64,000 nt of DNA from an uncultured cyanobacterium (GTDB lineage: Bacteria; Cyanobacteriota; Cyanobacteriia; PCC-6307; Cyanobiaceae). A program made the translations under genes and the position numbers. The DNA is taken from contig CAVONQ010000018.1 of NCBI GenBank assembly GCA_963697335.1, positions 288,001 to 352,000 of the forward strand, read 5' to 3'. The notes under the pieces are model-generated. The model saw only the letters and a list, made by a program, of their open reading frames with translations. It had not been told where the DNA came from and ran no database searches. This document shows, in pieces, positions 8,600-18,341 of the stretch. Each line of letters starts with the position of its first letter. Within the stretch, counting starts at the first letter, position 1.

Positions 8600-10105
8600 T
8601 CAGCGCCCCAGCCCCGCATAGAGCCCCTTGAACCTGGCCTGCTGTTCCTTGTGGTTCACGATCGGCTCCGGGTAGCCGCGCCGCTCCAGGGGGGCGATGG
8701 CGCCGCTGATCAGATCGGCCGTGGCCACATGGCGCAGCTCCGGCAGCCAGGTGCGGATGTAGCGGGCCTCCGGATCGAACTTGGCGGCCTGGGTGAAGGG
8801 GTTGAAGATGCGCAGCGGTTTGGGGTCCATGCCGCTGCTGGCGCTCCACTGCCAGCCGCCATTGTTGGCGGCCAGATCACCATCCACCAGCCGCGCCATG
8901 AAGGCCCGTTCGCCCCAGCGCCAGTCGCAGATCAGATCCTTCACCAGGAAGGAGGCCACGATCATGCGGCAGCGGTTGTGCACCCAGCCGCTGGCGTTGA
9001 GCTGCCGCATCGCCGCATCCACGATCGGCACGCCGGTGAGGCCGTCGCACCAGGCCTGGAAGCGCCCGGCATCGTTCTCCCAGGGGAAGCGCCGCCACTG
9101 GGCCCGGTAGGGGCCATCGGCCAGCTCGGGGAAATGGAACAGGGCCTGCTGATAGAACTCGCGCCAGGCCAGCTCCTGCTCCCACACCGTGATCGACTGC
9201 TCGGCCTCACTGCTGCGGGCCAGCTGGCGGGCCTGCTGGGCGGCGGCCCAGGCCTGGCGTGGGCTGAGGGTGCCGAACTTCAGCGCCGCGCTCAGCCCGG
9301 AGGTGCCGGCCTCGCCGGGCAGGTTGCGGCCCGGCTCGTAGCCCAGCAGCGGCCCGCCATCGCAGAAGGCCTGCAGCTGCTCCAGGGCGGCGGCTTCGCC
9401 GGGGCGGCAGGGGCAGAGATCACGGCCGCTGAAGCTGGGGGACAGATGCAGCCCCGTGGTGGGATCAGGCTGCACGAACGAAAGGGCTGGCTCGGTGCCC
9501 TGTGTCAGCGTCGCCAGTTGGGACGGGTCGAGATCCCGCAGGCCAGTGGGAGCCGGCACGGGTTCGAGGCCGCCGCTGCTGGCGGCGCCCAGCCTGGCCC
9601 GAGCCTCCACCTGGCCGCGCCAGTTGCGCCAGAAGGGGCCATACACCCGGTAGGGATCGCCCTGGCCGGTGCGCAGCGCCTCCGGGGGAATCAATAGCTG
9701 ATCCCAGTCCACCAGCACCCGCTGCCCCTGGCCCTGCAGCGCCGCCGCGACCCGCCTGTCACGATCGCGGCCGTAGGGCTCCACATCCCGGTTCCAGGCC
9801 ACCACCGCCGCACCCAGGGCCAGGGCCAGCCGGGGCAGCACCACAGCAGGGTCGCCCCCCAGCACCAGCAGGCGGCTGCCGGCCTGGTGCCAGCGCTGCT
9901 GCAGCTCCCTGAGGCTCTCGGCCAGGAACCACAGCCTGGCGGGGGCCAGGTCCGGTGCCTCCAGGAGGCCGGGATCCAGCACGAACACACCGGTCACGGC
10001 CGGGGTGGCCCGCGCCGCGGCGGCCAGGCCGAGGTTGTCGGCCATCCGCAGGTCGCGGCGGTGCCAGAACAGCCAGCGCTCAGGCCTCTTCTGCGCTGCA
10101 GCCAT
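8600..10105 (-). CDS. phrA: Deoxyribodipyrimidine (CPD) photolyase
   Basis: LFWHRRDLRMADN, GTSGLSAALKFG, ELAWREFY, GWVHNRCRM, DGDLAANNGGWQW, RIFNP. Confidence 0.93.
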   Translation of the reverse strand: MAAAQKRPERWLFWHRRDLRMADNLGLAAAARATPAVTGVFVLDPGLLEAPDLAPARLWFLAESLRELQQRWHQAGSRLLVLGGDPAVVLPRLALALGAAVVAWNRDVEPYGRDRDRRVAAALQGQGQRVLVDWDQLLIPPEALRTGQGDPYRVYGPFWRNWRGQVEARARLGAASSGGLEPVPAPTGLRDLDPSQLATLTQGTEPALSFVQPDPTTGLHLSPSFSGRDLCPCRPGEAAALEQLQAFCDGGPLLGYEPGRNLPGEAGTSGLSAALKFGTLSPRQAWAAAQQARQLARSSEAEQSITVWEQELAWREFYQQALFHFPELADGPYRAQWRRFPWENDAGRFQAWCDGLTGVPIVDAAMRQLNASGWVHNRCRMIVASFLVKDLICDWRWGERAFMARLVDGDLAANNGGWQWSASSGMDPKPLRIFNPFTQAAKFDPEARYIRTWLPELRHVATADLISGAIAPLERRGYPEPIVNHKEQQARFKGLYAGLGR

Positions 10106-10665
10106 CAGAGCCCCAACAGCTGCTTGGCCCGCAGCCAGGCGCTGACGCTCTTGCCATCGAGGTATTCATCGCCGCTGGCCAGGGCCGCGTCCAGCTCATC
10201 GGGCTGCAGCAGCAGCACCTCCAGGTCTTCGTCGTCGTCGCCGGCTGGCTGGTCGGTGAGGGCCGTGAGCTGGCGGGCCAGGAACAGGTGGATCACTTCA
10301 TCGGAATAGCCGGGGCAGGGCAGCAGGGTGCCGAGCGGATCCCAGCGCTCAGCGCTGTAGCCCGCCTCCTCCTGCAGCTCCCGCTGGATCGTGCTCAGGG
10401 GCGTTTCGCCCGGATCCAGGGTGCCGGCGGGGAACTCCAGCAACCGGGTGGCCACCGCGAAGCGGTACTGGCGCAGCACCACCAGGCGGCCGTCGTCGAG
10501 CATCGGCACCGCCAGGGCGGCGCCGGGGTGGCGAATCACCCCGAAGCTGGCCTCCAGGCCCATGGGCAGGGCCACCCGGTTCACCTCAAACCGCAGCTTG
10601 TGGGCCTGCAGGGTGGCGATGGTGTCGAGATGGCGCGCGGGCTCGGGAGCGGGCAGGGGCGCCAT
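10105..10665 (-). CDS. NUDIX hydrolase (ADP-ribose pyrophosphatase-like)
   Basis: RHPGA, RQYRF, EFPAGTLDPGE..IQRELQEEAG (Nudix box), PGYSDE. Start at ATG 10665. Confidence 0.92.
   Translation of the reverse strand: MAPLPAPEPARHLDTIATLQAHKLRFEVNRVALPMGLEASFGVIRHPGAALAVPMLDDGRLVVLRQYRFAVATRLLEFPAGTLDPGETPLSTIQRELQEEAGYSAERWDPLGTLLPCPGYSDEVIHLFLARQLTALTDQPAGDDDEDLEVLLLQPDELDAALASGDEYLDGKSVSAWLRAKQLLGL
10469..10665. repeat. Direct repeat copy 1 (197 bp; 5' end of the intact NUDIX gene)
   Basis: Ungapped manual alignment to 12515-12711 with about 8 mismatches. Confidence 0.9.
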
Positions 10666-10771
10666 CGGCTGAGGTGCTTTGCGGTGGAGGCATTCTGGCG
10701 GCACCGCCGGCACCACAGCAGCGCCGGAATCGCTGTCGCCCTGGAACCGGCTGGGTCTGGGGTGGCCGCCC

Positions 10772-11740
10772 TCAGCGGCCGCACCACCAATCCCGCAGCA
10801 GCCGGGCCGTGGAGCGCTGGGCAAGGGCGGGAGACCGGGCGGCAGGAAAGGGACGAGCGCGTGCGAACAGTGGGCAGCGCCTGCTGCGGTGGAACAGCTC
10901 CGTGGCCAGCCACCGGTTGCCGCGCGCGTAGCGCTTCATGATGTGCAAGGAAAGCTTGGGCGACAGTGTCCGTTCCCTGCTCTGGGGGCGAAGGGATTGC
11001 ATGGCCAGCAGGAGTTCTCCCACCAGCAGATTTCCGTAGCGCATCCATGGCCGCCCATTCAGGCGGCGCTTCAGCTCGAGCAGTGGCGTGCCCAGCCGCT
11101 GGTTCTTTTCGGGTGGCATCCGAGCCCCCGCCAGCGTGGTGAGCCCAAGCGCCTGGGCATAGTCGCAGATGATGTTTCCCTCCTTGAGGCAGCCGGCTTC
11201 AAACAGACGCAGATCAACGACCGCGGCCCCCAGTCCATCGGCCCAAAAGCGATACAGCCGATCAAGGTCAATGGCCTTCGAACCCATGGTTCGCCTGGCG
11301 AACTGTGGCAATGTCTCTGTCAAGAGCCCTCGTTTAACCAGCTGGTTATGCATCGACTCACACCATTCATCCTGGCGTCGTGCATAGATGAGGACGCGAA
11401 CCTGATGGCCTTGCAGGCATTCTCGCAAGGTGGCCATCCGCGCTTTTGCCGACGTTCGCCAACGAATCCCGTTGATCCTCTCGTGGCTGATCACCAGGGT
11501 GCACCCCGGATGCTTATTGAGAATCGGCGCGAACGTTTGGTGCCAATAGGCCTTGACTGCAGTGAGGCCCTCCTCCTGAATGCCGTATTTCGTGAGCAGC
11601 TCGCCGAACTCCCGATTCATTCTGCGTGATGCGATGACAATGCCTCTACGCAGCAACAGTGAGCGGTTGCGGTAGCCAAAACTCTGCAGGCTCGTGCTCG
11701 CTGTTTTATGCAGTCCGATGTGGAGGATGACATGGCCCAC
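10772..11740 (-). CDS. Sulfotransferase-like P-loop protein (polysaccharide-associated)
   Basis: HIGLHKTASTSLQ (5'-PSB-like loop), VISHE, IYARRQD..ESMHNQ. Visibly lower GC than the flanking core genes. Confidence 0.7.
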   Translation of the reverse strand: MGHVILHIGLHKTASTSLQSFGYRNRSLLLRRGIVIASRRMNREFGELLTKYGIQEEGLTAVKAYWHQTFAPILNKHPGCTLVISHERINGIRWRTSAKARMATLRECLQGHQVRVLIYARRQDEWCESMHNQLVKRGLLTETLPQFARRTMGSKAIDLDRLYRFWADGLGAAVVDLRLFEAGCLKEGNIICDYAQALGLTTLAGARMPPEKNQRLGTPLLELKRRLNGRPWMRYGNLLVGELLLAMQSLRPQSRERTLSPKLSLHIMKRYARGNRWLATELFHRSRRCPLFARARPFPAARSPALAQRSTARLLRDWWCGR

Positions 11741-12072
11741 CTTGTGCTGTCCCTGGCATTTAACCCGGGTTCGATGCTAGGGCTTGATCAGTGCCTCGGC
11801 GGTGTGAGCGTTGTTCTGGCGTCGCGTCAATGGCCTCGCTCAGCCATGGTTCCCATGGCGCTGAAATCTTCGTCAAAATCCTTTAAAAGAGGGTGCAGCA
11901 ACACTCGGTTCCCAGTTCCATCTGTGCCTTCCGCCCGTGCAGAGCTGTGTCGATTCCTGATCGAAACCGGTTTGCAAGCCCTGGCGACAAGCGCTCTGCT
12001 CTGCCGGTGGCTTGGCGGTGTCGTGGCGAGGCAGGGCTGTGGTTGGCCGGGCCGCCTCGTGCCCCGATTGTC

Positions 12073-12522
12073 TCAGCAGGCGAGCGCCCGCCAACCTGGG
12101 CGTCGAAGCCCGGTGCGGGGGGCTGCTTCCCTGCCCTTGGGCCCCCTCTGTGGGTTGGCGCTGATCACCAGCGTGGCCTGGGCCTGTTCTACCAGTGAGC
12201 GCAGGCTCTGCGGCGACAGGGATCGGTAGGCCGTGGGCACCTGCTTGAACTGCACGAAGCCGGCGCGACCGGTGTGAAGGGCCAGGTCTTCGAAGCCCGA
12301 GGGTGGCTTTACCACCACGGCCGTCTGCGGGCTGTGCTGCCGGATCCAGGTGTAGAGCTCGGCCCGCGCCGTCGTGTCCACGAAGCCAAGGCTGCCGCGT
12401 GCCAGGGCCAGCCAGCGCCTCAGGCCCGCCGCCAGCAGCAGCCACAACCCCAGCATCAGCGCGCAGCGTGCCCCGTCGCCCGCCGATCAGCCGCCGGGCA
12501 ACTGGTTGTGGGGATGGCGCAG
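12073..12522 (-). pseudogene. Decayed fragment of a polytopic membrane protein (tentatively DUF6798-like), copy 2
   Basis: LRHPHNQLPGG*SAGDGARCALMLGLWLLL...ELYTWIRQHSP..VVVKPP..TGRAGFVQFKQVP, with an internal TGA and an apparently truncated structure. Confidence 0.55.
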
Positions 12523-12711
12523 CATCACCAGGCGGCCGTCGTCGAGCACCGGCACCGCCAGGGCGGCGCCGGGGTGGCGAATCACCCCGAAGCTGGCCTC
12601 AAGGCCCATGGGCAGGGCCACCCGGTTCACCTCAAAGCGCAGCTTGCCGGCCTGCAGGGTGGTGATGGTGTCGAGATGGCGCGCCGGCTCGGGAGCGGGC
12701 AGGGGCGCCAT
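12515..12711 (-). pseudogene. Truncated duplicate of the NUDIX 5' end (direct repeat copy 2)
   Basis: MAPLPAPEPARHLDTITTLQAGKLRFEVNRVALPMGLEASFGVIRHPGAALAVPVLDDGRLVMLR is near-identical to the N-terminus of 10105-10665 and stops before the Nudix box. Confidence 0.9.
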
Positions 12712-12789
12712 GGCGGTGAGGTGGAGTTGGTCCCAGCATGGCGCTCGAGGGGGCCTCAGCAGCCCTCAGGGTCGTTGCCAGGCCGTCCA

Positions 12790-13030
12790 GCACGAACAGC
12801 CCCAGCACCGGGGCGGTGCCGGCCCAGTCGCCTGCCACCAACCACCCGGCAGCAGGTGGAGGGGATTGCGCAGCACGACGGAGATCCAGCTGGCAGAGGG
12901 CAGGCAGGCGTTGCTGAGCCAGCCCGCTATCGAGCCCGCAGCACGGCGGCGTAGGCGAAGGTTTTCGGCTCGGCGCTGCCCACCATCCACTCGGCGGCCA
13001 CCACCCCCTGCGCCAGCGCGAGCGAGGATG
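12790..13030 (-). pseudogene. Decayed fragment of a polytopic membrane protein (tentatively DUF6798-like), copy 1
   Basis: Pieces in different frames: LALAQGVVAAEWMVGSAEPKTFAYAAVL, then WISVVLRNPLHLLPGGW, frameshift, then AGDWAGTAPVLGLFVL. Confidence 0.5.
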
Positions 13031-13134
13031 GAAGCTGGCGATCTGGGGACTGGGAAAGGCGGCTCCCTTGAAGAGGGTCGTCGCTGCCCTGGCCCACTTC
13101 CGCATCACCTGCGTCCGCGTCACCCGGGCCAGCG

Positions 13135-13758
13135 TCACTCGGGCCAACCGGCCTGGGGAGGGAGCCGCTGCGGTGGTGGGCTGCCGTCATCCGCCACAGC
13201 AGCCAGCAGATCGCCAAGCAGCTCTCCCACCCGGCGCCCGGCTCCCGGCGGCACCAGCTCCGCTGCCAGGGCCGCCAGCGGGGCCAGCACGAAGGCCCGC
13301 TCCAGGTAGAGCGGATGGGGCAGCCACAGGGCGGCGCTCTGGCGCTGATGGCCGCCGCACCAGAGCAGATCGAGATCGAGGCTGCGCGGGCCCCAGGGCT
13401 GCAGCCGCTGCCGGCCGAAGGCCGCCTCCAGGCCCTGCAGGGCCAGCAGCAGTGGCAGCGGATCTCCCCCGCTCGTCCCTGCGGCTGATCCGTTCCCGGC
13501 GGGCCCGCTGGCCAGCAGCACCGCATTGAGATAGGGCGGCTGGCCAGCTGGACCCCCCACGGGAGCCGTGAGGAACAGGGGCGACCAGCGCAGCCGCCAG
13601 GGGGCCACCGCCGGGTCCGCCCCGGCCCAGTGGTGCAGCACCTGGCCCAACAGCGGCCGCACCGCCGTGAGCGTGGCCAGCGGGTCGCCGAGGTTGGCCC
13701 CCAGGGCGATGGCCGTGCAGGGCTCGGGCGCTGGGGCGCTGGCAGCCGCTGGATTCAT
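13135..13758 (-). CDS. folK: 6-hydroxymethyl-7,8-dihydropterin pyrophosphokinase (HPPK)
   Basis: AIALGANLGD, TAPVGG..QPPYLNAV, LEAAFGRQR..WGPRSLDLDLL, LPHP..ERAFVLAPL. Confidence 0.95.
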   Translation of the reverse strand: MNPAAASAPAPEPCTAIALGANLGDPLATLTAVRPLLGQVLHHWAGADPAVAPWRLRWSPLFLTAPVGGPAGQPPYLNAVLLASGPAGNGSAAGTSGGDPLPLLLALQGLEAAFGRQRLQPWGPRSLDLDLLWCGGHQRQSAALWLPHPLYLERAFVLAPLAALAAELVPPGAGRRVGELLGDLLAAVADDGSPPPQRLPPQAGWPE

Positions 13759-13769
13759 CCCGCCTGCGT

Positions 13770-14279
13770 TCAGGGTTCCCCCAGGAAATCGCGCTTGCCC
13801 AGCACCACGCCGTTGTGGCGCAGGATCCCGTAGGCGGTGCTGGTGTGGAAGTAGACGTTGGGCAGCACGAAGCCGGAGAGGAACGGCCAGCCGATCATGG
13901 TGATGGTCTCCCCGCGGCCGATCGGCACGCTCAACTCCCGCTCGGCACTGCCCTCCAGCTGCTCGGCGGTAAAGCCACCCAGCTCGTTGATGGCGGCCTC
14001 CAGCCGCTCGATCAACTCCGCAAAGGTGGTCTCGTCATCGGCCACGGCGACGGCCTCCACGCCGGCGAGGCGGGCCACCCCGCGGCGGGCGATGTCGGCG
14101 GCGATCTGCACCTGCCGGGTCAGGGGGAACATGTCCGGGTAGAGGCGGCTGGCCAGCAGCACGGACGGATCGATGCCGCCGGCCTCGGCGTGCGCTTCGG
14201 CCTTGGCCAGCACCGCTGCCAGGTTGGTGAGCGTGCGCTGCAGGGGGGGCACGGCGGCCGCATGCATGGAGAGGGACAT
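13770..14279 (-). CDS. DUF1993 family protein
   Basis: RLYPDMFPLTRQVQIAAD and LPNVYFHTSTAYGILRHNGVVLGKRDFLG. Confidence 0.88.
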   Translation of the reverse strand: MSLSMHAAAVPPLQRTLTNLAAVLAKAEAHAEAGGIDPSVLLASRLYPDMFPLTRQVQIAADIARRGVARLAGVEAVAVADDETTFAELIERLEAAINELGGFTAEQLEGSAERELSVPIGRGETITMIGWPFLSGFVLPNVYFHTSTAYGILRHNGVVLGKRDFLGEP

Positions 14280-14390
14280 GGGGTGGCCCGGCCGATCAGG
14301 AGTTTTTGAGGCTAAGGGCTGTGCCGCCGTCGAGCTCCGTACAGGCCTATCGGCCAGACTGGCCTCCCTTCTCCTTCCGGCCCCGCCCCC

Positions 14391-16517
14391 ATGGTTGTCA
14401 GCGGCTCAGCAGCGTCTCCGGCCCCAGCCGGCCAGGGTGCTGATCGCTCCTTCCCGCTGGCGGCGATCACCGGCCACGGCACCCTCAAGCTCGCCCTGCT
14501 GCTGGCCGCCGTGGATCCCGGCCTCGGCGGCGTGGTGATCGCCGGCGGCCGCGGCACCGGCAAGTCGGTGCTGGCCAGGGGGCTGCACGCCCTGCTGCCG
14601 CCCATCGATGTGCTCGATCTGGGCGGGGCGGCGGTGCAGGCCCTCAACGTGGATCCCCAGCGCCCCGACGACTGGAACGAGGCCGTCTGCGAGCGCCTGC
14701 AGCAGCTGGGCGCCGACCCCAGCGGCCAGGACACCCAGGCCCTGCTGCCCACCCGCGTCATTCCCGCTCCCTTCGTGCAGGTGCCGCTGGGCATCACCGA
14801 AGACCGGCTGGTGGGCTCGGTGGATGTGGCCGCCTCCCTGGCCAGCGGCCAGGCGGTGTTCCAGCCGGGGCTGCTGGCCGAGGCCCACCGCGGCGTGGTG
14901 TACGTGGATGAGCTCAACCTGCTCGACGACGGCATCACCAACCTGCTGCTGGCGGCGGTGGGCAGCGGCGAGAACCGCATCGAGCGCGAGGGCCTCAGCC
15001 TCACCCATCCCTGCCGCTGCCTGCTGATCGCCACCTACAACCCCGAGGAGGGGGCGGTGCGCGACCACCTGCTCGATCGCTTCGCCATCTGCCTCAGTGC
15101 CAACCAGGCGCTGGACCTGGAGCAGCGGGTGGCGATCACCCGCTCCGCCCTCGACCATGCCGAGTCGGGCCAGGACTTCCGGGGGCGCTGGCAGGAGGAG
15201 ACCGACGCCCTCGCCACCCAGCTGTTGCTGGCCCGCCAGTGGCTGCCCGATGTGCAGATCAGCCGTGAGCAGATCACCTACCTGGTGACCGAGGCCGTGC
15301 GCGGCGGCGTGGAGGGCCATCGCTCCGAGCTCTACGCCGTGCGCGTCGCTCGGGCCCATGCCGCCCTCAGCGGTCGCGATCGCGTCGAGGCCGACGACCT
15401 GCAGGTGGCCGTGCGGCTGGTGATCGCCCCCCGGGCCCTGCAGCTGCCGCCCCCCGATCCAGACCAGCCCCTGGAGCCGCCGCCGCCGCCACCGCCCCAG
15501 GGCGAGCAGCCGCCGGAGGAGCCGCCTGAACCCGACCCGAACGAGCAGGAGCCCGAGGACGACAGCGATCCCGAGCAGCCCGACCAGGACGACGACACTC
15601 CCGAGGACCAGGCGCCCCCCTCGGTGCCGGAGGAGTTCATGCTCGATCCCGAGGCCGTGGCGATCGATCCCGAGCTGCTGCTCTTCGGGGCCGCCAAGGC
15701 CCGCTCCGGCGGCAGCGGCAGCCGGGCCGTGGTGTTCAGCGACTCCCGCGGCCGCTACGTGAAGCCGATGCTGCCCCGCGGCCCGGTGAAGCGCATCGCC
15801 GTGGACGCCACCCTGCGGGCCGCAGCCCCGTATCAGAAGAGCCGCCGCGAGCGCCAGCCCCACCGCAAGGTGGTGGTGGAGGACGGCGACCTGCGGGCCA
15901 AGCAGCTGCAGCGCAAGGCCGGCGCCCTGGTGATCTTCCTGGTGGATGCCAGTGGCTCGATGGCCCTCAACCGCATGCAGAGCGCCAAGGGCGCCGTGAT
16001 CCGGCTGCTCACCGAGGCCTACGAAAACCGCGACGAAGTCGCCCTGATCCCCTTCCGCGGCGAGCAGGCCGAGGTGCTGCTGCCGCCCACCCGCTCGATC
16101 ACCGCCGCCCGCCGCCGGCTCGAATCGATGCCCTGCGGCGGCGGCTCACCCCTGGCCCATGGACTCTCCCAGGCGGCGCGGGTAGGGGCCAACGCCCTGG
16201 CCACGGGCGACCTGGGCCAGGTGGTGGTGGTGGCGATCACCGATGGCCGCGGCAACGTGCCCCTGGGACGCTCCCTGGGGCAGCCGCAGCTGGAGGGGGA
16301 GGAGCCGGTGGATCTCAAGGAGGAGGTGAAACAGGTGGCCAGCCGCTACCGCGCCCTGGGCCTCAAGCTGCTGGTGATCGACACCGAGCGCAAGTTCATC
16401 GGCAGCGGCATGGGCAAGGACCTGGCCGAGGCCGCCGGCGGCAAGTACGTGCAGCTGCCCAAGGCCAGCGATCAGGCCATCGCCGCCATCGCCATGGAGG
16501 CGATCAGCGCGGTGTAG
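14391..16517 (+). CDS. chlD: Magnesium chelatase subunit D
   Basis: [26 protein letters not shown], Pro/Glu-rich linker, vWA motif DASGSM. Confidence 0.97.
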   Translation: MVVSGSAASPAPAGQGADRSFPLAAITGHGTLKLALLLAAVDPGLGGVVIAGGRGTGKSVLARGLHALLPPIDVLDLGGAAVQALNVDPQRPDDWNEAVCERLQQLGADPSGQDTQALLPTRVIPAPFVQVPLGITEDRLVGSVDVAASLASGQAVFQPGLLAEAHRGVVYVDELNLLDDGITNLLLAAVGSGENRIEREGLSLTHPCRCLLIATYNPEEGAVRDHLLDRFAICLSANQALDLEQRVAITRSALDHAESGQDFRGRWQEETDALATQLLLARQWLPDVQISREQITYLVTEAVRGGVEGHRSELYAVRVARAHAALSGRDRVEADDLQVAVRLVIAPRALQLPPPDPDQPLEPPPPPPPQGEQPPEEPPEPDPNEQEPEDDSDPEQPDQDDDTPEDQAPPSVPEEFMLDPEAVAIDPELLLFGAAKARSGGSGSRAVVFSDSRGRYVKPMLPRGPVKRIAVDATLRAAAPYQKSRRERQPHRKVVVEDGDLRAKQLQRKAGALVIFLVDASGSMALNRMQSAKGAVIRLLTEAYENRDEVALIPFRGEQAEVLLPPTRSITAARRRLESMPCGGGSPLAHGLSQAARVGANALATGDLGQVVVVAITDGRGNVPLGRSLGQPQLEGEEPVDLKEEVKQVASRYRALGLKLLVIDTERKFIGSGMGKDLAEAAGGKYVQLPKASDQAIAAIAMEAISAV

Positions 16518-17496
16518 GCATGGGGTAGGCCTTGTGCTCCTTGCCGGCTGGCGCTCCCTGTGGTTCGGCCTTGTCGCGGCTGGCCTTGTCGCGGGCGGCG
16601 CCCGTCTGGGCCGGGTAGAGCTCCTCGAAGAACTTGCCCAGGCCCACCGCCACGCTGCGCAGCCCATCCAGGAAGCGGGGATCGGAGGTGAGCTGGTTCA
16701 CATCGCCGCCCACCGCATCCCAGCGGGCCGTGAGCTGCTCGGCGTTGCTCACCGTCTGCTGCAGTTCGGCCACGGTCTTGGGATTTTCCAGGGCCGCCAT
16801 CAGCCGCCGCAGGTGGGCCGAGCTGGCGTTGAGGTTGGCGATGGTGGGCTGGGCATCCTGCACCGAGCGCTCGAGGCTGTTCACCAGCGATTCCCCCTGG
16901 CCCACCAGCACCTGGCCCTCCTTGAGGAAGGCGGTGGCTTCCCGGGAGGTCTGATCCGCGCTGGTGGCCAGGCCGGCGAATTTCTTGATCAGCTGCTCCC
17001 GGTCGCCCTGCTCCAGCAGCTGCTGCATCAGGCTGGTCACCGTGGACAGGTTCGGGGTTTCAGTGCCCGTGATCGAGGAGCCGTCGCAGAGCATCTCCTT
17101 GCGGGGGCAGCCGGGCGATCGCGGCGATGGCGCCGAGGCCTTTGGGGCTGGGCCGCTGCTGATCAGGGCCACCTGGGCCTCGCCGCCCAGCAGCGATCCC
17201 TGGCCCACCTCAGCCCGGGCCGGCAGGGAGAGGCGCAAGGTGGGGTTGGTGATCTCCAGCTCGGCCTCCACCGCGTCGGGGGTGACCCGCACGGAGCGCA
17301 CACTGCCCACCATCACCCCCCGATACACCACCGGCGAGCGGGCGGCCAGGCCGGAGGCTTGCTGAAAGCTGGCCTTGAGGGTCCAGAACTGGCGCGTGAG
17401 CGAGAGCCCGCGCAGCCAGAAGGAAAATCCCACCGCTCCGGCGACGGCTCCCACCAGGGAGAACCCCACGATCGCCTCACGCACAGAGCGGCGCAT
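16504..17496 (-). CDS. mlaD: MlaD/MCE-family lipid transporter substrate-binding protein (Ycf22/TGD2-like)
   Basis: [12 protein letters not shown] plus TM helix, then [18 protein letters not shown] (MCE domain) and a coiled-coil tail. Confidence 0.88.
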   Translation of the reverse strand: MRRSVREAIVGFSLVGAVAGAVGFSFWLRGLSLTRQFWTLKASFQQASGLAARSPVVYRGVMVGSVRSVRVTPDAVEAELEITNPTLRLSLPARAEVGQGSLLGGEAQVALISSGPAPKASAPSPRSPGCPRKEMLCDGSSITGTETPNLSTVTSLMQQLLEQGDREQLIKKFAGLATSADQTSREATAFLKEGQVLVGQGESLVNSLERSVQDAQPTIANLNASSAHLRRLMAALENPKTVAELQQTVSNAEQLTARWDAVGGDVNQLTSDPRFLDGLRSVAVGLGKFFEELYPAQTGAARDKASRDKAEPQGAPAGKEHKAYPMPTPR

Positions 17497-17499
17497 TGC

Positions 17500-18300
17500 T
17501 CAGGCCTCTGCCGGCTGGATGGGTCCGCGCAGGCTACCGCTCCTGAACTGAACCACATAGGGATTGTCCGTGTGCCGGTAGGCCTCCAGGTCGCCGGCCC
17601 AGCGAAAAATGCCGTCGTAGAGCATCACGATCTGGCCGCCGGTGCGCTCGATCGTGCTGTGCACGTGGCTCACCACCACCGAGCTGGCCCGGGCCACCGC
17701 CGTGGTGCGCACGATCAGATCCTCAATGCGGGTGCAGGCCACCGGATCCAGCCCCGCCGTGGGTTCATCGAACAACAGCAGGGGCATCTGGGGCGAGTTC
17801 AGCAGTTGGGGGGCCGGAATCAGGGCTCGGGCAAAGCTGACGCGCTTCTGCATGCCGCCGCTCAGTTCCCCCGGCAGCCGCTCCTCGATCCCACCCAGCC
17901 CCACGGCCTCCAGGGCCTCCGCCACCCGCTGGCGGATCTCGTCCTCCTTGAGCCGTCCGTAGCGATAGAGCAGGAAGCCCACGTTCTCGCGCACCGTGAG
18001 GGAGCCCAGCAGGGCTGGGTTCTGGAACACCAGCCGCACGTCGGGGGGGTTCTCCTGATCGATGCGCAGGTAGGTCTGGGGCTCACCGTGCAGCAGCAGG
18101 CTGCCGCCGCTGGGCAGCAGCAGGCCGGCGAGCAACCGCAGGATCGTGGACTTGCCCGCTCCGGAGGGCCCGACCACCACCAGCTGCTCGCCGGGCTGCA
18201 GACAGAGGTTCACGCCATCCAGCACCACCGTGCGGCCCCAGCCCATGCTGAGGTTGCGGAGTTCGGCCAGGGGTGGGGCTGGGGAGGCCAGCGGCGGCAG
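17500..18300 (-). CDS. mlaF: MlaF/Mkl-family ABC transporter ATP-binding protein (start uncertain; first ATG at 18246)
   Basis: GPSGAGKS, LVFQNPAL, ELSGGMQKRVSFARAL, FDEPTAGLDP. Adjacent to mlaD. Confidence 0.88.
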   Translation of the reverse strand: MPPLASPAPPLAELRNLSMGWGRTVVLDGVNLCLQPGEQLVVVGPSGAGKSTILRLLAGLLLPSGGSLLLHGEPQTYLRIDQENPPDVRLVFQNPALLGSLTVRENVGFLLYRYGRLKEDEIRQRVAEALEAVGLGGIEERLPGELSGGMQKRVSFARALIPAPQLLNSPQMPLLLFDEPTAGLDPVACTRIEDLIVRTTAVARASSVVVSHVHSTIERTGGQIVMLYDGIFRWAGDLEAYRHTDNPYVVQFRSGSLRGPIQPAEA

Positions 18301-18341
18301 CGCGATCGCATCCCATCTTCGCGTCTGGTGGCCGAACTACA

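Noticed and set aside
11708..12229. Plus-strand ORFs 11708-12229 and 11893-12198, and minus-strand 3643-4449
   Set aside because: No recognisable motifs; they overlap a promoter region, pseudogene fragments or the PPTase on the opposite strand.
15440..15625. Low-complexity Pro/Glu/Asp-rich repeat-like stretch
   Set aside because: Normal poly-Pro/acidic linker of ChlD.
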